A stretch of DNA of 64,000 nucleotides from Desulfosoma sp. Its GTDB lineage: Bacteria; Desulfobacterota; Syntrophobacteria; Syntrophobacterales; DSM-9756. A program made the translations under genes and the position numbers. Positions 50,248 through 59,553 of this stretch are shown piece by piece (positions within the stretch are counted from its first letter, which is position 1; the number at the start of each line of letters is the position of its first letter). Where the stretch lies: positions 46,569 through 110,568 of the forward strand of contig JBBFKW010000004.1 of NCBI GenBank assembly GCA_037481835.1, read 5' to 3'. Under the pieces are notes generated by a model. That model was not told the DNA's origin. It made no database searches and saw nothing but the letters and a program-made list of their open reading frames with translations.

Positions 50248-51810
50248 CTATGAAGCCGCAGCCGCCACGGTTTTGCAATAGATCATTTTATGATCGTCCG
50301 GGGCGTAAAAATCGGGAAGGGAGGCGACCCGAACATAACCGGCATGAAGGTAAAATCGCCGCGTCGGCTCGTATAAGGGTCGAGAGGACGTTTCCACATA
50401 AACTTTTCGGCCTCCGGCGCGCCTTATGGCCTCTTCCGTGGCATGGAGCAGGACCTTTCCGACGCCTCGGCCTTGCCATGCCGGGTCCACCACGATCCAG
50501 TACAGGTCGAATCTCCCGGCCGTCCCTGAAATGGGCCCGTAACACGTATAGCCGACGACGCGGCCGTCGTGTTCCGCCACGATGAAATAATAGCCCGAGG
50601 CGGCCGCCCCCAGGGTGAGATTCTGCCGGGCCAGGTCCCGGGCGACGGCGATTTCTTCCGCATTGAAAAAACCCGTCTCGGCCGCGATCTGCTCGACGGC
50701 ATCCATATCCGACGGCTTCAGATGGGTTCTCAGGGCGAGACCCGGCAGTGGCATGGCGTTGAGGGAGAAGCTCGTTTCCTGTTCGGAAAGAAAGTGCGTT
50801 TCAGAAAGCTTTCGGTCTGACGGTCGCGCTGCCGCGGCATCTTCCACGAGTCGATACACCACTGCGTCCATGTCCAACCCGGCTTGGCGCGCCGCGGCCA
50901 TGAAGCCCGCATCGGGCGAAAGGCACGGGTTGGCATTGATTTCCAAAACCCACGGCCGGCCGTCTTCGTCCACACGAAAATCGATCCGCGCGTAGCCCCG
51001 TAGGCCGAAAAGGTCCCAGCATCGCCGCGCGAGCGCCGAAAGCCGCTCCGCAAGCGCTCCATCTTCCCGGGCCGCCAAAAAAGACCTCACCGTGTGCCTT
51101 TCGGCAAAGGAGCCCTCCGCCCACTTGGCCTCGTAGTCCACAATGCGGTGCCGCTCCGGCTCGAACCCCTCGAAGCGCATCTCCGCCACCGGCAGCACCT
51201 CCACCCCTCCGGGCCGAGCGAGCAGCGCCAGATTGAATTCGCGCCCGTCGATGAAGCGCTCCGCAAAAAACCCTGCCGGTCCGAACCGGTTCCTCGCCCG
51301 GCGGACGGCCCGGTCCCACGCCTCGGGATCGGCCATTGAAACCACCGCCTCCTGGTCGATCCCCACCGAGGCATCTTCCCACAAGGGCTTGACGATGAGG
51401 AGGGTATCCGGGGCCCACGGCGGAGGCGGCCCTTCCGGCTCAAACCACTCCGGCGTAGGCAGACCCCACGCGGTGAGCCACTTTTTGGTGAGCACTTTAT
51501 GGGATGTGCAAAAGACGGCTTCCGTGGGGCATCCCGTGTAAGGGATCCCCTCGACGTCCAAAAGAGCGGGAGCCGTATGGGCCAGCCGCCCGGACCCTTC
51601 CACTGTTTCCACGAGGTTGACGACCACGTCGGGGCCCACGTGACGAAGGGTTCGGCGCATGCCCCCAAGATCCGAATGGAAGGGAAGAAAGATGACATCC
51701 CAGCCGAGCCGCTCCAGAGCCTCACCGATGCATCGGGCCTGGAACAGGACGTCCTGTTCGTCGGGCGGCGCTTCGGGAGGGACGGCGGAATGGAGCACGA
51801 CGGCACGCAT
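50248..51810 (-). CDS. Ddl-like ATP-grasp ligase fused to a C-terminal GNAT acetyltransferase
   Basis: IVKP..EDASVGI, ERFIDGREF, DYEAKW, GYARIDFR, LEINANP; GNAT FDLYWIVV..WQGRGVG, VETSS, FY...GY. Confidence 0.88.
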   Translation of the reverse strand: MRAVVLHSAVPPEAPPDEQDVLFQARCIGEALERLGWDVIFLPFHSDLGGMRRTLRHVGPDVVVNLVETVEGSGRLAHTAPALLDVEGIPYTGCPTEAVFCTSHKVLTKKWLTAWGLPTPEWFEPEGPPPPWAPDTLLIVKPLWEDASVGIDQEAVVSMADPEAWDRAVRRARNRFGPAGFFAERFIDGREFNLALLARPGGVEVLPVAEMRFEGFEPERHRIVDYEAKWAEGSFAERHTVRSFLAAREDGALAERLSALARRCWDLFGLRGYARIDFRVDEDGRPWVLEINANPCLSPDAGFMAAARQAGLDMDAVVYRLVEDAAAARPSDRKLSETHFLSEQETSFSLNAMPLPGLALRTHLKPSDMDAVEQIAAETGFFNAEEIAVARDLARQNLTLGAAASGYYFIVAEHDGRVVGYTCYGPISGTAGRFDLYWIVVDPAWQGRGVGKVLLHATEEAIRRAGGRKVYVETSSRPLYEPTRRFYLHAGYVRVASLPDFYAPDDHKMIYCKTVAAAAS

Positions 51811-51832
51811 CAGCTTGTCCTTTCTCAATGCC

Positions 51833-51940
51833 CCCTCACCCTGCCCTCTCCCCCAAAGGGGGAGAGGGATGTTGCGCACCAGGCAAGCCTGCAACCTTAA
51901 TGACCCTCACCCTGCCCTCTCCCCCAAAGGGGGAGAGGGA
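51833..51940. repeat. Two identical 37-bp palindromic REP-like repeats separated by 34 bp
   Basis: CCCTCACCCTGCCCTCTCCCCCAAAGGGGGAGAGGGA at 51833-51869 and 51904-51940. Confidence 0.85.
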
Positions 51941-52135
51941 AACATCCGGGCACATGGTCTTCCGTTTCGATGGGAATGACGGAAAAATCATGGACCTCCG
52001 CCTCTTCTCTTGATGGGTGTAGGGGGCAAAACAGGATCTGTCGGCCCCCCTTTATAAGGGGAGCGGCACATGCAGGTTCTCGCGTCTCCGCCTCTCGAGG
52101 GTGAGAACGGGAAATTCGCCTTCATTCATGGTTCT

Positions 52136-53113
52136 CTAAGGCGCACACCTTCTGATGGCTTCCTCCAGGATCGTTTCGATGAGCTCCTGGTAGGACATGC
52201 CCACGAGGGTGCACAAGATGGGCAGGTCGGAATGATGGGGATGGAGGCCGGCCAAGGGGTTGGCTTCGAGAAAATGGGGCCGGCCAAAGGCATCGGAACG
52301 CACATCGATACGGCCGGCATCGCGACATCCCAAGACCTTCCAGGCTTCCACGGCGATGCGCTCGGCTTGGCGCGCCTCCTCATCGTCGACCAGCCGATAA
52401 AGGACGCGCTCTTCGCACCATTCCTTGTTGGCGTAGGAATAGACCTCGGCATCGGCGTTGTCCCGAAGGATCACTTCCATCACCCCTACGGGTCGCGCAC
52501 GACGGCCGGTCCCCAAAATTCCCACGGTGAATTCACGCCCCGGCAGAAAGGTTTCCACCAAAACGGGCTGCCGAAACGCGGCCAGGAGCTCTGCGCAGAC
52601 CGCCGCCAGTTCTTGCGAAGTGTGCACTTTGGATGCCGGCGTGATGCCTTTGCCCGTCCCTTCCCGCACCGGCTTGGCGAAAACCGGCCACGGGAGGTCG
52701 AGCTTTTTCAGGTCCTCCCCATGGTCGATGAGGGCGAAGGCCGGCGTGGGCAGCCCGGCGTCGCGCACCATGCGTTTGGCCACCGATTTATCCAAGGTGA
52801 CGCACAAGCCCACGGGATCGGAAAACGTGTAGGGGATGCCGTATGCGTCCAGGAGCGCCGGGACCTGGGCTTCGCGGCCCGAGCCCCGAAGCCCTTCGGC
52901 GATGTTGAACACCAGGTCCCACCGGTGCCCCGAAATCAGCCGTTCCATGAGGTCCTGCAGCCGCCCGATGCGGTCGGTTTCATGCCCCAAGGCTCGGATG
53001 GCCTCTTCCAGGGCGTCCACCGTGTCTCCCCGGTCGAATTCGGCGGTCTCTTCTTCCGAATACCCCTCGGCGAGGTAGACCTCCCGAAGATCATAGGTCA
53101 GCCCGATTCTCAT
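52136..53113 (-). CDS. D-Ala-D-Ala-ligase-like ATP-grasp enzyme
   Basis: VFNIAEG, REAQVPALL, TLDK, KPVREGTGKGI, ETFLPGREFTV, RIDVR, LEANP. Confidence 0.88.
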   Translation of the reverse strand: MRIGLTYDLREVYLAEGYSEEETAEFDRGDTVDALEEAIRALGHETDRIGRLQDLMERLISGHRWDLVFNIAEGLRGSGREAQVPALLDAYGIPYTFSDPVGLCVTLDKSVAKRMVRDAGLPTPAFALIDHGEDLKKLDLPWPVFAKPVREGTGKGITPASKVHTSQELAAVCAELLAAFRQPVLVETFLPGREFTVGILGTGRRARPVGVMEVILRDNADAEVYSYANKEWCEERVLYRLVDDEEARQAERIAVEAWKVLGCRDAGRIDVRSDAFGRPHFLEANPLAGLHPHHSDLPILCTLVGMSYQELIETILEEAIRRCAP

Positions 53114-53124
53114 GGGCCCCTCCC

Positions 53125-54462
53125 CTAAAACGCCCCCCGCGCCACTCTGTGGGGTTCCGCGGGCGTCTCAAAAGCTTTGGGGTACCGAAAGAGGCGGTGT
53201 TCGTAGTTTCGAAGCACCAGGTCATCCCCATCCACACCTTGCACGTAGTCTGGAAGAAGCGGGATTTTGCCGCCGCCTCCCGGGGCGTCCACGACGTAGG
53301 AAGGAACCGCATAACCGGAGGTGTGCCCGCGCAGGCCGTCCATAATTTCCAGGCCGCGGCGGATAGTCGTGCGAAAATGGGCCGATCCGGAAATGGGATC
53401 GCATTGATAAAGGTAATACGGGCGCACACGAAGTCGCATGAGCCCTTGGAAGAGATCCTTCATGGTCTGGATATCGTCGTTGATGCCTTTAAGGAGCACC
53501 GTCTGGCTTCCCAAGGGGATGCCCGCATCGGCCAGCCGGGCGCACGCTTCGGCCGTCTCGGGGGTGAGCTCGTCCGGATGGGTGAAGTGGAGGCTCATCC
53601 ACAACGGATGAAAGCGGCGCAGGAGCCGGACCAAGTCCCGGGTGATGCGCTGGGGCAAAACCGCCGGCACCTTGGTGCCGATACGGATCACTTCCACATG
53701 GCGGATGGCTCTGAGCCGCTCCAAGAGCCAGCCCAGGGCGTCGTCGGCCAGCGTCAAGGGGTCGCCGCCGGAGATGAGCACATCGCGGACGGCGGGGGTT
53801 GCTTCGATGTAGCCCAGAGCCTTTTCCCACTGCCGGCGGCTTGGATGCCCGCCCGCCCCGTGCCGTCCCACGACACGCGACCGGGTGCAGTATCGGCAAT
53901 ACGTGGAACAAAAGCCTGTGACGAGAAACAGCACGCGGTCCGGGTAGCGGTGCACGAGGCCCGGCACCGGGGAATCCTTGTCTTCTCCCAAGGGATCGTC
54001 CGACTCTCCGGGGCTTCGCATCCATTCATCGGGAAGCGGCACCACGGATCGGCGCAACGGCTGCGAGGGATTGGTCTCGTCGAGCAAGCTCGCGTAATAG
54101 GGCGTAATGGCCGCGGGGAAGCGCGATGCCGTGTCGCGCAGGGCTTCCTTTTCCGCCTCCGTCAGACGGAGGATACGGCTTAGGCCGTGAAGCGATCGGA
54201 ACCGATGCTGCACCTGCCAATGCCAGTCGTTCCAAAGAGAGAGGCTGAGGTGGGGAAAATGCTTTTTCTTGAAGGCTTTTGAGAGGTTGCCCATGGGCAT
54301 GGCGGCGGACTTTCGGCCCGAAAGGCCCCGGGACCGCCGCGGGGAAGGTGATGACTCTTCGGGGTCTGAGCCCGGAGGTTCGCTTGGAGGCTCCTCCGTC
54401 TCCGAGGAGTCTTCGCACAGAGAAGATGCGTCCTGTCGCCATGTTCGATCGGTGTTTTCCAT
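53125..54462 (-). CDS. kamA: KamA-family radical SAM aminomutase (lysine 2,3-aminomutase-like)
   Basis: HRYPDR, CSTYCRYCTR, SGGDPL, YYLYQCD, VDAPGGGGK (PLP lysine). Confidence 0.9.
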   Translation of the reverse strand: MENTDRTWRQDASSLCEDSSETEEPPSEPPGSDPEESSPSPRRSRGLSGRKSAAMPMGNLSKAFKKKHFPHLSLSLWNDWHWQVQHRFRSLHGLSRILRLTEAEKEALRDTASRFPAAITPYYASLLDETNPSQPLRRSVVPLPDEWMRSPGESDDPLGEDKDSPVPGLVHRYPDRVLFLVTGFCSTYCRYCTRSRVVGRHGAGGHPSRRQWEKALGYIEATPAVRDVLISGGDPLTLADDALGWLLERLRAIRHVEVIRIGTKVPAVLPQRITRDLVRLLRRFHPLWMSLHFTHPDELTPETAEACARLADAGIPLGSQTVLLKGINDDIQTMKDLFQGLMRLRVRPYYLYQCDPISGSAHFRTTIRRGLEIMDGLRGHTSGYAVPSYVVDAPGGGGKIPLLPDYVQGVDGDDLVLRNYEHRLFRYPKAFETPAEPHRVARGAF

Positions 54463-54778
54463 ATCGACGCCCTTTCCTCGTCCTTATGGTGTTCCCATCC
54501 ACGACCACATCCAGAACCGTTCACACCGCGCTCGGCACGAGGCCGCCGAGGCCGGTCCCGTCGCCCCGAGGGGGCCTTGATCAGCCTAACCGGCACTGCC
54601 GCTCACACGCACGCACCATTTATCCGAAATCCATTTAAAGAAAAACTTTTTTTTATGACCGGTCCCATTCAATGGATAAGCCCCGGACGGGTCGAAACAT
54701 CCCAGCCCGGGGCGGAGCCCCGGGGAAGGGGGCCGGGGATGCGGGCGGACGGAGGAACACGAAGAATCCGTGGGGCGC

Positions 54779-57490
54779 TCAGTTGTGGGCTTCGGCCCAA
54801 TTTTTCCCCCACCCCATGTCCACCACCAAGGGCACACGCAAACGGAGCACCCCTTCCATCCGATCTTTGACCATCTGCCGCACCTCGTCCAGTTCGTCCT
54901 CCGGCACCTCGAAGACGAGCTCGTCGTGCACCTGCAACAACATGGCGGTCGTCAGGCCTCGAAATCGAATCTCCCGGTCAATATCGATCATGGCCTTCTT
55001 AATGACGTCCGCCGCCGTCCCTTGGATGGTCGTGTTGACGGCAAGCCGCTCTCCTTGCTGGCGCACCGTGCGGTTTCGGCTTTGCAGTTCGGGAATGAAT
55101 CGGCGCCGTCCCAAGAGGGTTTCCGCATACCCCCGCTTTTGCGCCTCTGCGACCACCTGCTCGATCCAGCGCTTTACCCCCTGATACTTTTCAAAATACC
55201 GCTCGATGGCCGCCTTGGCGCTGGTCTGGTTGATCTTGAGCTGCTTCGCCAGGCCGTACGGGCCCATGCCGTAAATGATCCCGAAATTGATGGTCTTGGC
55301 ATGGCGGCGCATTTCCGCCGTGACTTCATGGGGCGCCACACCGAACATTTCGGCGGCCGTGCGCCGGTGGATGTCGTCCCCCGCCATGAAGGCGGCCAAG
55401 AGCCGCTCATCGCCGCTGTAGTGGGCAAAGATGCGCAGTTCGATCTGGGAATAATCGGCGGCGAGAAGGACATGGCCCTCATCGGCGATGAACGCTTCGC
55501 GGATGCGGCGGCCTTCCTCGCCTCGCACGGGAATGTTTTGCAGGTTGGGCTCGGAGCTGCTCAGCCGGCCCGTGGCCGTGACGGTTTGGTTGTAACTGGT
55601 GTGGATGCGCCCTGTTTCAGGGTGGACCAAGAGGGGGAGCGCATCCACATAGGTGTTTTTCAGCTTGGCCAGGCTGCGGTAAGCCACGATGTGCTCGGCG
55701 ATGGGATGGTGTGCCGCCAGCTCTTCCAGGACGCTCATGTCCGTCGAAGGCCCCGTCTTGGTCTTTTTAATCACCGGAAGCTGCAACTTGCCGAAGAGGA
55801 CGTCCCTGAGCTGGACGGGCGATTGAATATTAAATGGAGCGCCGGCGATCTCGTAGATGGTCCGCTCTTCTTTGCGCAGCCCTTCTTCAAAAGCTTCCGA
55901 AAGTTCCTTGAGTTTGGCCGTATCCACCCGGACCCCTCGCAGTTCCATACGCGCCAGAACATCGATGAGGGGCCTTTCCAGGGTGTCCATGAGGGTCGTC
56001 AGGCCTGCCTCTTCGAGCTTCCTCCGGAGAATCGGAACGAGCCGAAAGGTACTTTCCGCATCGCTGCAGGCATAGGCGGCGGCGTCGGCGATGGGCACCC
56101 GGGAAAAGGGCACTTCCTTGGCTCCGGATCCGGCCACGTCCCGATAGGCCGCCTTGGGTTCCCCCAGATGCTCGGCCACGATGCGTTCGAGCCGGTGAGA
56201 GGGGTTCCCCGGATCCAGGAGGTAACTCGCCACCATGGTGTCGAAGTCGATCCCGTTGAGTTCCACGCCGTGCCGCTTCAGGACGACCCATTCGTACTTG
56301 ATGTTTTGTCCGACCTTTTTGGGGGTGTCCCCTTCCAGCACGGGCCTGAGCCCCTCCAAAACCCGGGACATAGCCAGTTGCGCTTCACGCTCGGGCCCCT
56401 CGTGGCCCACGGGAATGTAGGCCGCCTCATGCTCCCGCCAACTCAGCGCCACCCCCACGATTCGGGCGCGCATGGCATCCTGGGAGGTGGTTTCCAAATC
56501 GATGGAAAGAACGGGCGCCTGTCGGACTTCTTCCAGGATGTCCCGGAAGGCGGCCTCGGAGAGCACGATGCGGTCGCGTCGTTTCGGCGCATCCCTTTCG
56601 GGGGCGGCCTCCGCCGATGGCGCCTCCCGGGACAGGTCAGCCAGAAAGCGACGCAATCCCAAACGTTCGTAGAGCTCGGCGAGAGCCTCCGTATGGGGGG
56701 ATCCCCTGCGGCACTGAAGCACGTCCAGGTTCACGGGGGCATCGTCCCGCAGGCTCACCAGTTTCCTGGAAAGTACGGCCGCATCCTTTCCCGCTTCCAC
56801 CTTTTTGCGCACCGCCGCGCTGGGAATCTCGTCCAGCCGCCTGAAAAGCTCGTCCAGGGTTTCAAAGCGACGCAAAAGTTCTTCGGCGGTCTTTTCCCCT
56901 ACGCCGGCGATCCCCGGCACATTGTCGGAACTGTCTCCCATGAGCGCCAGGAGATCCCGCACCTGGTCCGGCCGAACCCCGAGGCGTCGGACGACTTCTT
57001 CGGCGGTGAACCATTTATCCTTTTGGGGATCCCACTGGAGCACCCAAGGCTCTTGCACCAGCTGGTGGAGGTCCTTGTCCCCGGAGACAATGACCACGGG
57101 GATTCCCGCTTCCTTAGCCCGCCGAGCCAGGGTGGCGATGACGTCGTCCGCCTCGTAGCCGGGCACTTCCAGGGACGGAATCCCCAGGAGGTCCACCATC
57201 TGTTTGATGATGGGCACCTGCACCACCAGGTCTTCCGGCATGCGGTCCCGCGTGGCCTTGTATTCCGGGTAGGCGGCGTGGCGAAAGGTGGGACCGGGCG
57301 GGTCGTAGACGACGCACAAGAGTTCCGGCTGCTTGTCTTTGAGCACTTTGTGGAGCATCTGGTGGAAGCCGAAGACGGCTTGAGTGGGAGTGCCGTCGGG
57401 TGCCGTGAGACGCCGGCCCATGGCGTAAAAGGCCCGATACATGTAGGAACTGGCATCGATGAGGTAAAGGATCGGCTTTTTCTCCGTCAT
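54779..57490 (-). CDS. polA: DNA polymerase I
   Basis: 5'-exonuclease EADDVI and GDSSDN, DLETT, TGRLSS..PNLQNIP, ADYSQIELR, QVHDELV. Confidence 0.97.
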   Translation of the reverse strand: MTEKKPILYLIDASSYMYRAFYAMGRRLTAPDGTPTQAVFGFHQMLHKVLKDKQPELLCVVYDPPGPTFRHAAYPEYKATRDRMPEDLVVQVPIIKQMVDLLGIPSLEVPGYEADDVIATLARRAKEAGIPVVIVSGDKDLHQLVQEPWVLQWDPQKDKWFTAEEVVRRLGVRPDQVRDLLALMGDSSDNVPGIAGVGEKTAEELLRRFETLDELFRRLDEIPSAAVRKKVEAGKDAAVLSRKLVSLRDDAPVNLDVLQCRRGSPHTEALAELYERLGLRRFLADLSREAPSAEAAPERDAPKRRDRIVLSEAAFRDILEEVRQAPVLSIDLETTSQDAMRARIVGVALSWREHEAAYIPVGHEGPEREAQLAMSRVLEGLRPVLEGDTPKKVGQNIKYEWVVLKRHGVELNGIDFDTMVASYLLDPGNPSHRLERIVAEHLGEPKAAYRDVAGSGAKEVPFSRVPIADAAAYACSDAESTFRLVPILRRKLEEAGLTTLMDTLERPLIDVLARMELRGVRVDTAKLKELSEAFEEGLRKEERTIYEIAGAPFNIQSPVQLRDVLFGKLQLPVIKKTKTGPSTDMSVLEELAAHHPIAEHIVAYRSLAKLKNTYVDALPLLVHPETGRIHTSYNQTVTATGRLSSSEPNLQNIPVRGEEGRRIREAFIADEGHVLLAADYSQIELRIFAHYSGDERLLAAFMAGDDIHRRTAAEMFGVAPHEVTAEMRRHAKTINFGIIYGMGPYGLAKQLKINQTSAKAAIERYFEKYQGVKRWIEQVVAEAQKRGYAETLLGRRRFIPELQSRNRTVRQQGERLAVNTTIQGTAADVIKKAMIDIDREIRFRGLTTAMLLQVHDELVFEVPEDELDEVRQMVKDRMEGVLRLRVPLVVDMGWGKNWAEAHN

Positions 57491-57547
57491 CTTTCCACAC
57501 TCCCGTGCGCATCCCCATGGAAAGAAAAGGGTGACGCCCGCAGCCCG

Positions 57548-58339
57548 TTACCCGTCCTCCTCGCCCTGAGGCCGCTTCCCCTTTTCACCTTTATGGCCCC
57601 CCGATCCCCCTTTTAACGGCGGAGGCAGATACTCCCAATTGATGTGGCTCATGGCGTGAAAGATATTCCCGCGGATCTTGCGGTTTTTTCGATACAACCC
57701 GAACAAGAAATCCCGGATTTCCGTCCGTGCGTTCCGACCCGCCGAAGGACACGGATTTTCCACCACGGGCAATCCCAGCCGCCGCGCCATGCGCTCCACC
57801 TTGTGGCTGTCCACCAGGGCCAGGGGCCGAATGACGATGAGGGAACCCCCGAAGAAGCTCTGGCGCGGCACGATTCCGGCCGTCTGCGCCCCATAGAGGA
57901 TGTTGATGAAAAAGGTTTCGATGAAATCATCCTGGTTGTGGGCGAAAGCCACCTTGGAACAGCCCAAAGCGCGGGCTTCCCGGAAAAGGGCCGCACGGCG
58001 CCTTCGCGCGCACAGAAAACACGGGTTTTCCCGGTTTTCAGGGCGATGAGCCTGCAGCCCGTAGTCCGTTGGAAGAATGCGATAGTCGAAACCTTCCCAC
58101 CGGAAAAACTCTTCCAGGGGCGCCGCGGTGCTCGGTTCAAACCCGAGATCCACATGAACGGCGACGAGTTCATAGCGGATGGGCACGTGGCGCAGCCTTT
58201 CCCGCAGGAGCCACAAGAGGAGCAGGCTGTCCTTGCCGCCGGAGACGGCCACGGCGATGCGGTCCCCGTCGTCGATCAAGCCGTAGTGGTGGACGGCTTT
58301 GCCCACCAATCGCCGCACTTCCTGGTCGATATAGGCCAC
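57548..58339 (-). CDS. ttcA: tRNA 2-thiocytidine biosynthesis TtcA-family protein
   Basis: PP-loop SGGKDS, PCFLCARRRR, AHNQDD, IRPL, NPCP. Confidence 0.85.
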   Translation of the reverse strand: MAYIDQEVRRLVGKAVHHYGLIDDGDRIAVAVSGGKDSLLLLWLLRERLRHVPIRYELVAVHVDLGFEPSTAAPLEEFFRWEGFDYRILPTDYGLQAHRPENRENPCFLCARRRRAALFREARALGCSKVAFAHNQDDFIETFFINILYGAQTAGIVPRQSFFGGSLIVIRPLALVDSHKVERMARRLGLPVVENPCPSAGRNARTEIRDFLFGLYRKNRKIRGNIFHAMSHINWEYLPPPLKGGSGGHKGEKGKRPQGEEDG

Positions 58340-58341
58340 GG

Positions 58342-59541
58342 TTACGCCGCCTGGTCCACCCCTTGACCCTGAATGTTGAGATATGCCGTGGCGTTTTTGA
58401 TGCCGCCCAACGTCAGGTCCTCCATGTGGAAAATGTCGCCGATTCGGCCGATGGTCGGGCTGTTCCACGGCCAGTGATCCCGAGGAATGGGGTTCAGCCA
58501 GACGCTCACGGGAAAGGCTTCCCGCAGTTCCCGGAGCCAGACGAAGCCGGGTTTGCGGATGGCCGTCGCCGGGTCGATGGACCCGTAGGACGCCATGAGT
58601 TCGGCCGGCGCCATGTTGGCGTCCCCGATAATGATGAGCCGCGTCTTTTTGCCGGACGCCAAGAGTTTTTCCCACGAGACGGGTTGGCGACGCTGCGGGT
58701 CGGCATAGACCGTGCCGTAGATGCAGTTGTGGAAGTAGTAGAACCGCACGTCGCGAAAACAGTCGCGGATCTTGTTGAAGACCGTTTTCACCAGGTCCAC
58801 GTAGGGGACCATGGAATAGCCGCCGTTGTCCACAAGGACAATGAGCTCCACCCGGTTGCGAAGTTCCCGTTGAAAGACCAGTTCGATTTCGCCGCCGTTT
58901 TTGGCCGTGCGGTAAATGGTCGTGTCCACGTCCAGTTCGTTTTCGGGCCCCACGGGGCGGAGGCTCTTGAGCGTGGAGAGAACCTGGCGCAGGTTTTCAC
59001 TCCTGAGGGGCGTCTCATCGCTGTACTGGATGTAGCGGCGGGCGCCGATGACCTTTTGGGCCGTCCCGTGCAGGCTTTCCCCGTAAACCCGGATACCGCC
59101 CCCATGGCGGCCGCTGTGGCCGAAGGGGGAGCGGCCGCCCGTGCCCACCCACGTGTTGCCGCCGTGATGTTCTCCGTCCTGGGCCATGACCGTGCGCCAG
59201 AACCGCTCCAAGAGTTCCTCATTGTCGAATTCGCGCAAGGCTTCCAGAGGAAGACGGCCGCTTTCCACTTGGCGGCGCAGCCATTCTTGGAAGGGCTTGC
59301 CCGTGAGCAGGGCTTCCCAGTCTTCGGGATCCACGGAGGGATCCCCGAGGAAAACGTGCCGAAACACCTGTTCGAAGGCGTCGTAATGTTCCACCTTCTT
59401 GACGAAGACCAATCGGGCGAAAAGAAACAGCCGGTCCAGGTCGGGGGCGATCCCGGCACGCAGCCCCCGGTAGAATTCCAGGATGTAGTGGACGCTCACC
59501 GGGATGCCCGCCCGCATGAGCCCGTAGATGAAATCGATCAT
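58342..59541 (-). CDS. VWA-domain protein (CoxE-like / COG3825 type)
   Basis: GGNTWVGTGGRSPFG, DNGGYSM, YFHNC.Y, GDA.MAP.EL, WLNP. Confidence 0.85.
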   Translation of the reverse strand: MIDFIYGLMRAGIPVSVHYILEFYRGLRAGIAPDLDRLFLFARLVFVKKVEHYDAFEQVFRHVFLGDPSVDPEDWEALLTGKPFQEWLRRQVESGRLPLEALREFDNEELLERFWRTVMAQDGEHHGGNTWVGTGGRSPFGHSGRHGGGIRVYGESLHGTAQKVIGARRYIQYSDETPLRSENLRQVLSTLKSLRPVGPENELDVDTTIYRTAKNGGEIELVFQRELRNRVELIVLVDNGGYSMVPYVDLVKTVFNKIRDCFRDVRFYYFHNCIYGTVYADPQRRQPVSWEKLLASGKKTRLIIIGDANMAPAELMASYGSIDPATAIRKPGFVWLRELREAFPVSVWLNPIPRDHWPWNSPTIGRIGDIFHMEDLTLGGIKNATAYLNIQGQGVDQAA

Positions 59542-59553
59542 GGCGCGGTCCTT

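Noticed and set aside
51833..51940. Mini-CRISPR (37-bp repeat, 34-bp spacer, 37-bp repeat)
   Set aside because: Only two repeats, no cas genes or AT-rich leader, and no GTT...AAC-type ends; the unit looks like a CCCTCACCC...GGGAGAGGG REP-type palindrome
52136..53113. Housekeeping ddl or van-type resistance ligase
   Set aside because: Lacks the Ddl GGxSxEHxVS and LHGxxGEDG motifs; no mur/fts or vanHX context
53125..54462. epmB (EF-P modification) or glutamate 2,3-aminomutase
   Set aside because: No efp or epmA adjacent; the GGGGK motif and both lysine-binding Asp residues fit the KamA type
54770..57616. 948-aa plus-strand ORF, and similar long antisense ORFs (9529-11469, 12050-13573, 31223-33181, 41824-43452, 58069-59877)
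   Set aside because: Shadow frames opposite well-supported genes, expected from GC-rich codon bias; no recognisable motifs
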